DNA of 37,239 bases from a virus (lineage: Duplodnaviria; Caudoviricetes). The notes beneath the pieces are model-generated. The model was given only the letters and a program-made list of their open reading frames with translations. It did not search any database and was not told the DNA's origin. This document shows, one piece after another, positions 9,880-17,465 of this stretch (positions within the stretch are counted from its first letter, which is position 1; every line of letters begins with the position of its first letter). The stretch covers positions 1 through 37,239 of IMG/VR virus record IMGVR_UViG_3300029448_000142; one strand, 5' to 3'. A program made the position numbers and the translations under genes.

Positions 9880-9881
9880 AA

Positions 9882-9896
9882 TGATAATGGTTATCA
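9882..9896. promoter_or_regulatory. Fur-box-like operator
   Basis: TGATAATGGTTATCA, one mismatch to the 7-1-7 Fur consensus TGATAATnATTATCA. Confidence 0.55.
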
Positions 9897-9941
9897 CTAA
9901 TAATGCATAGAATTTTATGTCTATTTGTATAGCTGTAGTCC

Positions 9942-9966
9942 AAAAAAAAGCCTCCGTGGTGGAGGC
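9942..9966 (-). terminator. intrinsic terminator ending the integrase operon
   Basis: Minus strand GCCTCC-ACCAC-GGAGGC + T8. Confidence 0.8.
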
Positions 9967-9985
9967 CTTTGTTTCTAATGCTTCT

Positions 9986-10123
9986 TTAATGAAGCGTAGT
10001 GTTCTCAAGTACTAACTCAAACTGGTGTGGCTCATCCTCGTCTACCTCTATCACATCGGTAGCTAATGACCACGCCATGTCCCAAGCATCCTTGGCTTCT
10101 TTAGCTTTATCGTCTTTATTCAT
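9986..10123 (-). CDS. small hypothetical protein (45 aa)
   Basis: GAGGAG RBS before ATG 10123 (MNKDDK); overlaps the upstream stop. Confidence 0.55.
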   Translation of the reverse strand: MNKDDKAKEAKDAWDMAWSLATDVIEVDEDEPHQFELVLENTTLH

Positions 10124-10304
10124 GCGACTCTCCTCTATTTTTTCCATATACTTCTGTACATAGCGCAACCCAATGCTCAGGATAATCTTTAACTAAGCCT
10201 TGTCTAAGTTTATCTATCGCCTCTCCGTCCTCATTTTTAACTTCTGCACAAGCCGCATCAATCATTAAGTTCCATAAGTCAATTTTCCATTCTCTAAAAT
10301 TCAT
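10116..10304 (-). CDS. small hypothetical protein (62 aa)
   Basis: GGAG RBS; ATGA overlap with integrase stop. Confidence 0.6.
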   Translation of the reverse strand: MNFREWKIDLWNLMIDAACAEVKNEDGEAIDKLRQGLVKDYPEHWVALCTEVYGKNRGESHE

Positions 10305-11155
10305 GCGACTCTCCCTTTAGGTGCTTCAAGTTTACTCATGATATTAGCCAAAGAATCTTTCTTGGCATGGACATACTTCTTTGTAGTTGCTATCGACCTA
10401 TGACCTAAGATAGTACCGACCACAATCGTGTCTACATTAAACTCCATAGCTAACCTAGTAGCACATGTGTGTCTAAGCACATGAAACACAAAGTCATCAT
10501 CAAAAGGAGCGATAGACATTCTTGCAGCATCCCAAGTGTCGTAGAACTTACGGTGCGAATAGACACCACTAGGACAATAACCTAAGTTTTCTAAGGCAAC
10601 CTTGGCTTCTTGGTTTAGAGGTACAGTCCGCTGCTCACCATTCTTTGTCTGCGTCAGCTCAACAAAGCCACCACAGCGGCTCACAGTGCCTACAGTCTTC
10701 TTGCTAGACGCATTGTTGATACTTAGGATTTCTCCTAGGCGCATACCAGTGTTGACACCTAAGGTAACAAAGTCAGCCATCCATGGGTGGTCAGAGTCCA
10801 GGAAGAACTCTATGAGGTCGTTAACCTCTTGGTCAGAGAAGAACCTAGGTCTCCCTGGCTCTACAGGTTTCCATCGTACCTTAGGTACTCTGTCGACCAA
10901 CTCAAAGTCAGCTGCTAGGTTAAACAAGGCACTGAATGCAGCCAGGTACCTGTTGACTGTGTTGTTCTTAAGACCTTCAGCAGACAAGTGGTCTATGAAA
11001 GCATAGAGGTCAGCAGCTTTATATTCGCCAATCTCTTTGTACTTGTTGTATCTAAAGTCGCTGAGTCTTTTGACCATGAACCCACAGTCTCTTAGGTACT
11101 TACCGCTCCAGAGTCTAGCTCCGTGTTTATCAAAAAAAGTTTCTATAGTTGTCAT
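10301..11155 (-). CDS. int: tyrosine recombinase / phage integrase
   Basis: TGMRLGEIL, TKNG, HVLRHT, LGHRSIATTKKY catalytic pattern; GGAG before ATG 11155 (track 11230). Confidence 0.95.
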   Translation of the reverse strand: MTTIETFFDKHGARLWSGKYLRDCGFMVKRLSDFRYNKYKEIGEYKAADLYAFIDHLSAEGLKNNTVNRYLAAFSALFNLAADFELVDRVPKVRWKPVEPGRPRFFSDQEVNDLIEFFLDSDHPWMADFVTLGVNTGMRLGEILSINNASSKKTVGTVSRCGGFVELTQTKNGEQRTVPLNQEAKVALENLGYCPSGVYSHRKFYDTWDAARMSIAPFDDDFVFHVLRHTCATRLAMEFNVDTIVVGTILGHRSIATTKKYVHAKKDSLANIMSKLEAPKGRVA

Positions 11156-11201
11156 AATGTTTTCTCCAAGTAGTGACAGCATCAGGGCTGTCTGAAGACA
11201 T

Positions 11202-11223
11202 AAAAAAAGACCCGGAGGTCTTT
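11202..11223 (-). terminator. short hairpin + T run upstream of integrase
   Basis: Minus strand AAAGACC-TCCG-GGTCTTT-TTTT. Confidence 0.5.
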
Positions 11224-11298
11224 GTGTCAATCGATTAATTTAGGTTAAATCTATTGCTATTCGTATGTAGGAAACTATAGAGCTGCTAGTTGCGTTAG

Positions 11299-11355
11299 TA
11301 GAGCAGTCGACTCATAATCGATTGGTCGTAGGTTCAAGTCCTACTGGGCCCACCA
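11299..11355 (+). other. attP core candidate: 3' three-quarters of a tRNA with CAT anticodon (Ile2/Met type); 5' part degenerate
   Basis: TAGAGCA-GTCGA-CTCATAA-TCGAT-TGGTC-GTAGG-TTCAAGT-CCTAC-TGGGCCC-ACCA; anticodon and T arms intact, no proper 5' acceptor/D strand; adjacent to integrase. Confidence 0.85.
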
Positions 11356-11593
11356 TTTTACAAGACGTTTTAGCTATAGTTTCCACGCTAGAAAAGTCAA
11401 TAGACCTTTGTAACGTATTACCCTTGCCAGTGTTACAGTAGCGAATGTAGGCTACTCTCTGTCTCTCTTCGTGTATCGCTTTACGCCTGCTACCTGAGTC
11501 TAAAGTTCTTTGGTAGGTCAAAGGGTGCGGTGGTCAACTCTCAACCACATGTGCATTATTATCTATTGTGAGACGTATGTAAATACCTTCAGT

Positions 11594-11609
11594 ATAGGTG
11601 GACACAACT
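11594..11609 (-). promoter_or_regulatory. putative phage promoter (partial copy) pointing towards attP/integrase
   Basis: ataggtggacacaact, 16-bp exact match to the 33-bp motif. Confidence 0.6.
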
Positions 11610-11610
11610 G

Positions 11611-11645
11611 AAAAAAACACCAGTCAACCTAAGTCGACTGATGTG
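11611..11645 (-). terminator. intrinsic terminator after the lysis region
   Basis: Minus strand ACATCAGTCGAC-TTAG-GTTGACTGGTGT + T run. Confidence 0.8.
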
Positions 11646-11737
11646 GCCACAGGCCAAGGAGACAGCGGTCTCTAGGGGTTTAAGACGCTGACTGACAGTA
11701 TGACTTTACACGTAAATAAGGTCACACTTATCGGGAG

Positions 11738-11917
11738 TTACATAGGGTTTGGACATGCACATTCATGGTTTTTACTGAGGTTTTCTGACTCCCAGTATTG
11801 ACCACAGTGTTCACACTTTTTGTACTCAGGTGTTCTTTTGCTACCAAAGATAGCATCATAATTTAGTTCGTATTGTTCCCGGTTCGGGATAGGTCGCGGA
11901 GTGCTGCCTTTCGACAT
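11738..11917 (-). CDS. small hypothetical protein with Cys/His-rich C-terminus
   Basis: GGAGG RBS, MSKGSTPRP...NYDAIFG, CEHC...HECAC. Confidence 0.65.
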   Translation of the reverse strand: MSKGSTPRPIPNREQYELNYDAIFGSKRTPEYKKCEHCGQYWESENLSKNHECACPNPM

Positions 11918-11941
11918 AGACACCTCCAATTTTGGTAGGAC

Positions 11942-11964
11942 ATTGTTCTCTAATAGGTCGACAC
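11942..11964 (-). promoter_or_regulatory. putative phage promoter (variant)
   Basis: attgttctctaataggtcgacac, 22/23 match to the motif. Confidence 0.65.
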
Positions 11965-11966
11965 TT

Positions 11967-12338
11967 CTATTTTCTAAGGTCCATTAGCTTGCTGACACCA
12001 CGGATGCCAAAGCTACTTGAGATTGCTATAAAGAGTAGGTACTGGTACCACTCAGGTAATTCAGAGAGTGCAACAAAACCAAGTTGTACCCTTTCGATGA
12101 CAGTTGTGTCATTAGCTGCAATGGCATAACCTACCATAAAGATAGGGATAGCTAAGACAATCGTCCAGAACTCATCTTTCCAACTACTGCCAGATGCAGC
12201 GGCCATTGTCTGCTCCCAGTTTGCATCATTCTGTATCACTGAGATTTTAGCTTCATGCTTTGCCTGCTTCTCTTCTGCCTTGTTCTTCATGTATCCGCCT
12301 ACCAGGTTAGTGATAGGACCAATAAGATTCTGTAGCAT
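11967..12338 (-). CDS. putative holin-like membrane protein
   Basis: WKDEFW followed by hydrophobic segments; coupled (TGATG) to lysozyme. Confidence 0.6.
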   Translation of the reverse strand: MLQNLIGPITNLVGGYMKNKAEEKQAKHEAKISVIQNDANWEQTMAAASGSSWKDEFWTIVLAIPIFMVGYAIAANDTTVIERVQLGFVALSELPEWYQYLLFIAISSSFGIRGVSKLMDLRK

Positions 12339-12751
12339 CAGCTTGCACTCCTTATCATGGCAGCAACTTCTACAGCTCGATAGCCTACCTGGTTAGCATA
12401 GCGACTATCTAATAGTTCATTGGCTGCCCTTTTGTACTTACCTTCTTGTATAAAGGCTAAGGTCTTTTTAAACTGAAGTAATCTAGGGATGCCCATGTTG
12501 AAACATAGGTTAACTAGGGCCTCTTTGACTGGCTCAGGCATCTTCTGAAAGTCTTCAATGTTTCTCTCTAAGTCAATGATTGCATCATCAATGTCTTCAT
12601 CTAACATGATGTCAGCAACCTTTTGTGAAATGCCTTTGTCATCTAGGTTTCTTCCAACACCAATAGTAAGACAGCCTGAGCTGCACTCGTAGGGCATGAG
12701 TTTACATGCCTCATGTTTAATTAATGTCTCACGCAGTCTCTGCATGTCCAT
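12338..12751 (-). CDS. endolysin, T4-type lysozyme (GH24)
   Basis: HE-x8-C-x5-TIGVGRNL, LVNLCFNMG..RLLQFKK, AANELLDSRYANQVG.RA; AAGGAG before ATG 12751. Confidence 0.9.
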   Translation of the reverse strand: MDMQRLRETLIKHEACKLMPYECSSGCLTIGVGRNLDDKGISQKVADIMLDEDIDDAIIDLERNIEDFQKMPEPVKEALVNLCFNMGIPRLLQFKKTLAFIQEGKYKRAANELLDSRYANQVGYRAVEVAAMIRSAS

Positions 12752-12765
12752 AGTTATCTCCTTTT

Positions 12766-12873
12766 TTACACAGTTACTACCAGATAAATACTCCAGCAAA
12801 CTAAAGGCATGGCGCAAAAAAGCCCTTTCCACGTATCGCTACCCCAGGTCCAGTCTTGTCCTGAACAATTCAT
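12766..12873 (-). CDS. 35-aa membrane peptide (not in ORF track)
   Basis: MNCSGQDWTWGSDTWKGLFCAMPLVCWSIYLVVTV; TAATG coupling upstream, ends at the lysozyme RBS. Confidence 0.5.
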   Translation of the reverse strand: MNCSGQDWTWGSDTWKGLFCAMPLVCWSIYLVVTV

Positions 12874-13085
12874 TAGTAAATCTCCTCTGTATCATCAACG
12901 TATTTAGGAACACAATAAGCAGTCACTGGGTGTAGGTACTTGCCTCCTCCCTGGGTAGACAAAATTTCACTAAACCAAAGACAGTGCCGCACATCCCTCC
13001 ATATTCCATAGGTTTCCGTAGACTCAATGAATTTACCTGCAGGTGACCAAAGTTCTACTACTAAGACAAATGCTAGTATCTTCAT
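12873..13085 (-). CDS. small protein with hydrophobic N-terminus and two Cys
   Basis: Start MKILAF at 13085 (ATGA overlap); resembles the upstream neighbour. Confidence 0.6.
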   Translation of the reverse strand: MKILAFVLVVELWSPAGKFIESTETYGIWRDVRHCLWFSEILSTQGGGKYLHPVTAYCVPKYVDDTEEIY

Positions 13086-13285
13086 CGGATTATCTTGAAG
13101 TTGTGGTCTTCTGGTAGCCATACAAGACGGCATACAGCTGGTGCTACTTCATAGTTTCTTCTTGGACGGCTCAGGGATTGAGCCATGTATAGGCAGCCTT
13201 GGAGACTGTGGAAGTAAAGAGTTTTTTCGTCTGGTTCGCCTGCCTCACCCCCAATAAGGAAGATAAGGGCAAAGGCTAGTTTCAC
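13082..13285 (-). CDS. small protein with hydrophobic N-terminus and two Cys
   Basis: GTGA overlap with the upstream stop; signal-like N-terminus. Confidence 0.6.
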   Translation of the reverse strand: MKLAFALIFLIGGEAGEPDEKTLYFHSLQGCLYMAQSLSRPRRNYEVAPAVCRLVWLPEDHNFKIIR

Positions 13286-13587
13286 TTTTGATTTTGCTGC
13301 AACATGATAGTAATGAGCTGGGCCAACTTAGCGTCAGATGCCTTTGCAAGCTCGTTTGACTCAGACAGTTTATCTGCCAATACAGTAATAGCCTGCTCAT
13401 TCAAAGCAGACTTTCGTGTGTTAGATGCAGAGCTTTCTTGTACCTTCTCGACCACTTTAGCGACTCTAGATACCTCAGCATCTGTGGCTTGAGACTGCGC
13501 TTCTAAGGCGTAGAATGCCCCTATTGCAGGTACTGCAGCCAATATCAAAGGTAATGCCCAGGAGGGCAGTTGTATCTGATTAGACAT
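13282..13587 (-). CDS. membrane-anchored coiled-coil protein (possible spanin-like)
   Basis: N-terminal hydrophobic helix followed by a helical region; in lysis cluster. Confidence 0.55.
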   Translation of the reverse strand: MSNQIQLPSWALPLILAAVPAIGAFYALEAQSQATDAEVSRVAKVVEKVQESSASNTRKSALNEQAITVLADKLSESNELAKASDAKLAQLITIMLQQNQK

Positions 13588-13600
13588 AGTGTTTCCTTTT

Positions 13601-13783
13601 TTAGACAAATTTAGCGAGAGCGATTGCTCCCAAGATAAATGGATAGATGGCCCACAGCATTCTCTCTAGTTTGTCAAAACGCTTGCTGCCATCATTCAAC
13701 CTACGCTCTATAGATTCATACCTAAGAGCGCATTCAGCCTCATGTTTCTCCATCCTAGCAATGCATTCCTTTACAGTTGCCAT
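13601..13783 (-). CDS. small coiled-coil + C-terminal TM protein (holin/XhlA-like)
   Basis: HEAECALRY...RFDKLERMLW + hydrophobic tail. Confidence 0.65.
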   Translation of the reverse strand: MATVKECIARMEKHEAECALRYESIERRLNDGSKRFDKLERMLWAIYPFILGAIALAKFV

Positions 13784-13890
13784 CAGTACTTTTTCCTTTT
13801 CTTCTTTTTAGCTACGTTTGCCTTTGCTTTGGCAGCAGCAGCTTTACCTTTAGTGGTGTAGGGATAAGATTTTCCAGCTACTTTTGGCAT
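13783..13890 (-). CDS. 35-aa Lys/Ala-rich basic peptide (not in ORF track)
   Basis: MPKVAGKSYPYTTKGKAAAAKAKANVAKKKKRKKY; AAGGA RBS; TGATG coupling to the next gene. Confidence 0.65.
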   Translation of the reverse strand: MPKVAGKSYPYTTKGKAAAAKAKANVAKKKKRKKY

Positions 13891-13908
13891 CGTTACTTTT
13901 TCCTTTTC

Positions 13909-14229
13909 TTAAGCGAAGTCAATGCCGTTGCCAGAAATTTGAGAACCTCCAAATCGCAGAGTTAAGTTTGTCGAGCCTGACAAATCGCCACTCTTTATTC
14001 CTGCTTTGTATTTAACCGATGGCTCTGGCTCAAACCCTACAAACTCACCGACTGATGTAAAGGTATCCACATCATGGAAAGTTGTACCGTCATAACTTTT
14101 TTGCACTGTGACTTTCGTTCCAGATCCTAAAGTTCCACTGATTGAAAATGTAAAGTCACCGCTAAAAGTACGAACGTCAGTGAATTCATTTGCTGTATCA
14201 ACAGCACTTTTTGTTACATAAGTTGTCAT
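13909..14229 (-). CDS. hypothetical beta-rich protein (possibly virion-associated)
   Basis: AAGGA RBS; VTVQKSYDGTTFHDVD motif; follows tail fibre. Confidence 0.65.
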   Translation of the reverse strand: MTTYVTKSAVDTANEFTDVRTFSGDFTFSISGTLGSGTKVTVQKSYDGTTFHDVDTFTSVGEFVGFEPEPSVKYKAGIKSGDLSGSTNLTLRFGGSQISGNGIDFA

Positions 14230-14254
14230 GTTATTTTCCTTTGAAAATGTTTAA

Positions 14255-15784
14255 TTAAGATTCAAGCGCAGTAATACGAGCTTCTAGTTCTTGGATAGTT
14301 GCAACCAATAGAGGTACTAATTTAGCTTGGTCAATACCTTGGTAGTCTGGTACTTCACGCTCACCCATGACTTGTGCTGTAGTTTCTCTCCATAGTTGTC
14401 CATCTTCTAACTCTGATGGTTGCTCTACGTTAGCACTGTGTATGACTTCAGCTACACCTTCGACAGCCTCGACAGCTTCTACAGCCATTACTTCTGCAAC
14501 AGCTTCAGTAACTACATTGCCTTCTTCGTCTAAGACTTCATCCTGTGGAGCAACATACTCAACAGCCTCTACGCCTTCTACAGCAACAACTTCAGGAGTA
14601 TAGATGTCACCCGTTGCAGGGGACACTTCATACTCTTCAGTCTGCATGGCATCTTTAGAACCAGTGACAGACTCAGGTACAACTTCCTGTGCTTCGTGTG
14701 CTAGGAAGCCATCTACTCGTGAACCATCAGCTTTCCATGCAAAGTTTACAGGCTTCAACTCTTTGAGTCGGTCTGTAGCACCTGACATGGGTTGTACATC
14801 TTCTTTGAGACGGTAGTCTGAGGATGTGTTGAAGGCTGTAGCTGAACCGTCTGTGGTAATGTTCCCAACTAGACCATTACCGTTGTAAAACCTTACTTGC
14901 GTGTTAGCACCTGTGGAAGTGGTAGAAGTGTAAAATTGGTCTGAGGTAAAACCAAACCCTGCTGTGCTTCCTGTTGGTAATGAACTGCCATTTATATACA
15001 GTTCACCATTAGGAATCGAGACGTTAGAATTATCATCAATGATTAATGGGAAGGTACTGTCAGTTACATTACGTATTACAAAACCGTTGTTGCTTACACC
15101 CGACTGTCCTGCACCAACCTGATATACTTTACTAGCGGCCGCGTTTGTAAATTGTACACGACAGCCACTAGTTACGTTTGTACCAGCTACATCTATATTT
15201 CCTCCAGATACAGTTAGGTCACCTGAGGGAATTGAGACATCCCCAGACGCGGATACATTTATACGATAGGCATTGTTTGTGTCATCAAAAATACCAAACT
15301 CTCCGTTATTATTAATAATAGAGTAATCAGAGTTGTGGTCTGTGTCTGTTAATTTGATTCTTGGATACGCATAGCTTAACTCTAAGTTCCCTGATAAAAT
15401 CGCACCGTCAGCACTTAGGCTTCCCGTTATGTCACACCCCCCACTCGTGGTTGCGATTTTGGGATTCCCGCTGTGATATAGAGTGACTGCACCATCGTCA
15501 ACAGTATTTAAAAAAACCTGACTACCTCCAGCTTTCATCAGCCAGATGTTATCAGAGCCTTCTATTATTAAATCACCTTGGCCAGTGTCTTTAATGTAGC
15601 TGTTATTATTATGATGATAAATTGCTAAATCACCGCTATCGCCAAATAAAGCCTTTTTTCCGTCTTCCCACGTAATATCAGAATCTATGTCAATGTTGCC
15701 TTCAAAGGTTAGTTGGCCCTCGATTGTGACATCGTTAAATGTTGGATTGCGGCCAAAGACTCCACCGTTTTGTTTAATGCTCAT
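14255..15784 (-). CDS. tail fibre/spike with C-terminal peptidase S74 intramolecular chaperone
   Basis: Gly/Ser/Asn-rich beta repeats; TSSDYRLKEDV, LKPVNFAWK, GFLAHEAQEVVPE, LVPLLVATIQEL..RI..LE. Confidence 0.88.
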   Translation of the reverse strand: MSIKQNGGVFGRNPTFNDVTIEGQLTFEGNIDIDSDITWEDGKKALFGDSGDLAIYHHNNNSYIKDTGQGDLIIEGSDNIWLMKAGGSQVFLNTVDDGAVTLYHSGNPKIATTSGGCDITGSLSADGAILSGNLELSYAYPRIKLTDTDHNSDYSIINNNGEFGIFDDTNNAYRINVSASGDVSIPSGDLTVSGGNIDVAGTNVTSGCRVQFTNAAASKVYQVGAGQSGVSNNGFVIRNVTDSTFPLIIDDNSNVSIPNGELYINGSSLPTGSTAGFGFTSDQFYTSTTSTGANTQVRFYNGNGLVGNITTDGSATAFNTSSDYRLKEDVQPMSGATDRLKELKPVNFAWKADGSRVDGFLAHEAQEVVPESVTGSKDAMQTEEYEVSPATGDIYTPEVVAVEGVEAVEYVAPQDEVLDEEGNVVTEAVAEVMAVEAVEAVEGVAEVIHSANVEQPSELEDGQLWRETTAQVMGEREVPDYQGIDQAKLVPLLVATIQELEARITALES

Positions 15785-15813
15785 AATATATTCCTATGTT
15801 AATTCTATTGTGT

Positions 15814-16500
15814 TTATTTAGCCGACCAACCAGTGTTACCTGTGCCTGATTCTTTGACATACAAAGTGGTATTTGAACCACCATTAGTTCTTAAAAATAA
15901 CGACCCTACTGGAGCAGTCACCGCACCTTCAGGAGTGTTAGCACCGCTTGTGATAGTGACTCCACTGCCAAGGTTTACTCCAGTAGTCACTGAGGCATCT
16001 ACATAAGCCTTGATTGCGGCTGTGGTTGGTACATTTGAGTCCGATGAACTTGATAATGTAGTGGATGTATTAAAGTTCGATATTGTGTGATTACCATTGC
16101 TATTATTCAGTTGTATCTGCTGTGCAGAAAGACCTGCCGCATTTACATTTGCATCTACACTTAACGTACCAGTTGTGCTTAGAGACATCGAAGTACCTGT
16201 TCCACCAACTCCCTGGGTATACCACTTGTGTCCTTTACCTGATTCAGATGTAGTGTATTTAATGTCACCAGTTGTGGCCGATAAATTACCGTCTCCATCG
16301 TGGAATAATTTAAACTTGCCTGTTTCAAAATTTATTTCAGAAGAGGCTCCAAAAGCAATATCACCTCCACCTGTCATTTCTATAGAACGGCTGTTAGATT
16401 GATTTCCTGTTGCCAATATTTCAGATAGAAAGCGAAGTCCAACCTGCGAATTTTCAGGCGTTGATAAACCACTAGTACTAAAAAATGAGGATTTAGCCAT
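15814..16500 (-). CDS. tail fibre-associated protein
   Basis: MAKSSFF start; VPTTAAIKAYVD; PEGAVTAPVGSLFLRT..G....LYVKESGTGNTGW C-terminus typical of fibre proteins. Confidence 0.7.
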   Translation of the reverse strand: MAKSSFFSTSGLSTPENSQVGLRFLSEILATGNQSNSRSIEMTGGGDIAFGASSEINFETGKFKLFHDGDGNLSATTGDIKYTTSESGKGHKWYTQGVGGTGTSMSLSTTGTLSVDANVNAAGLSAQQIQLNNSNGNHTISNFNTSTTLSSSSDSNVPTTAAIKAYVDASVTTGVNLGSGVTITSGANTPEGAVTAPVGSLFLRTNGGSNTTLYVKESGTGNTGWSAK

Positions 16501-16517
16501 TTTTGTATCCTTTCTGG

Positions 16518-17120
16518 TTAAAGTGCGTAGGCTGGTCTTATACTTTGTAGAGACCCGGCTAACTCTTGGTCATCTGCCTGTACTTGTATCTCATCGAGGA
16601 ATGCCTGGTATTTACCTTCGAATACTGGAGACCTCTCGTCTAAGTAGTAGTCAGATGCATAAGTGAGAGCTGCATAGATAATCAAGTCAGATGCAATAGT
16701 TGCCAAAACATTCTCATCAGTATCAGAATTCATAGCTACAAATTGAGCATAGTAATTAAGAGTAAGGCTGCCGCTGCTTGGGTATGGGCTAATTAAAAAT
16801 TTAGAGCCTTCTCTAGTAAAATAGTAAGGACTTCCTTGCGTGTCAGCTTGCTTTAGGTTCTGCATTTCAGCCATAGGAATTCTTACCAAGGTCCTATTGT
16901 CATAATAGAGGTCAATAGCCTCTAAAAAATCAGAAGGCAAAACAACACTAGTAGTAGAAGAAGAAATACTATATGTGTGCTGAGTTTCCATAGAAGGTAT
17001 TCGCAGAGTCCTTTGGATTCTAGTAATGCCTTGGTCGATGAAGGTATCAGCAAGGGTATCAGTGATATCGCTGCGGTTTAATACAGCTTTAAATTGGGTT
17101 CTTAGACTACCCTTGTTCAT
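16518..17120 (-). CDS. head-tail adaptor / tail tubular protein A-like
   Basis: LNRSD....TFI, LPSDFLE, GSPYYFT, PYPS, DLIIYAAL; downstream of capsid. Confidence 0.75.
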   Translation of the reverse strand: MNKGSLRTQFKAVLNRSDITDTLADTFIDQGITRIQRTLRIPSMETQHTYSISSSTTSVVLPSDFLEAIDLYYDNRTLVRIPMAEMQNLKQADTQGSPYYFTREGSKFLISPYPSSGSLTLNYYAQFVAMNSDTDENVLATIASDLIIYAALTYASDYYLDERSPVFEGKYQAFLDEIQVQADDQELAGSLQSIRPAYAL

Positions 17121-17123
17121 AGG

Positions 17124-17441
17124 TTATACCTTCTTTTTAGTTGTTAGGAATGCGTCCAGGTTCTCTTGTTTTAACCTGGCAACTATCTTGAACGCAGGCT
17201 CCTTTAACATGTCGAAACCTTCGCGTAGCCACTTCTCATGAACAGACACAGGGACTGAAGCAACAGTCATGTAGTCTTTCTCTTTGAAGTCTAAGGAGCT
17301 TTCTTTTTGTCTCTTAAGCGTATCTAGAAAACTCTGAGGAATGTGTTGTGTTTGTTTGATAGTAAAGTTTCTATCATCGTTGTCCCGGAGGACTCCTGTC
17401 TGCACATCGTGCATGGTGGTTTTTGTGTCTATGGTAGACAT
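17124..17441 (-). CDS. conserved hypothetical protein downstream of capsid
   Basis: AAGGAG RBS; VASVPVSVHEKWLREG motif. Confidence 0.7.
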   Translation of the reverse strand: MSTIDTKTTMHDVQTGVLRDNDDRNFTIKQTQHIPQSFLDTLKRQKESSLDFKEKDYMTVASVPVSVHEKWLREGFDMLKEPAFKIVARLKQENLDAFLTTKKKV

Positions 17442-17465
17442 GGCTTCTCCTTTTAATAAGTAAAA

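Noticed and set aside
11280-11355. Functional phage tRNA-Met/Ile
   Set aside because: Acceptor and D stems cannot pair properly
11312-11521. 69-aa minus-strand ORF ending MVGPVGLEPTTNRL
   Set aside because: Its C-terminus is the typical antisense translation of a tRNA; probably spurious
11552-11561. TGCATTATTA also present inverted at 9898-9907
   Set aside because: A 10-bp AT-rich match is plausible by chance; only two copies
11575-11594. Possible LexA box (ATGTAAATACCTTCAG)
   Set aside because: Mismatches in both core half-sites and overlap with the promoter start region; too weak
12680-12715. Lysozyme has Cys at the T4 Asp20 position
   Set aside because: Known active variant in GH24 lysozymes; not evidence of inactivation
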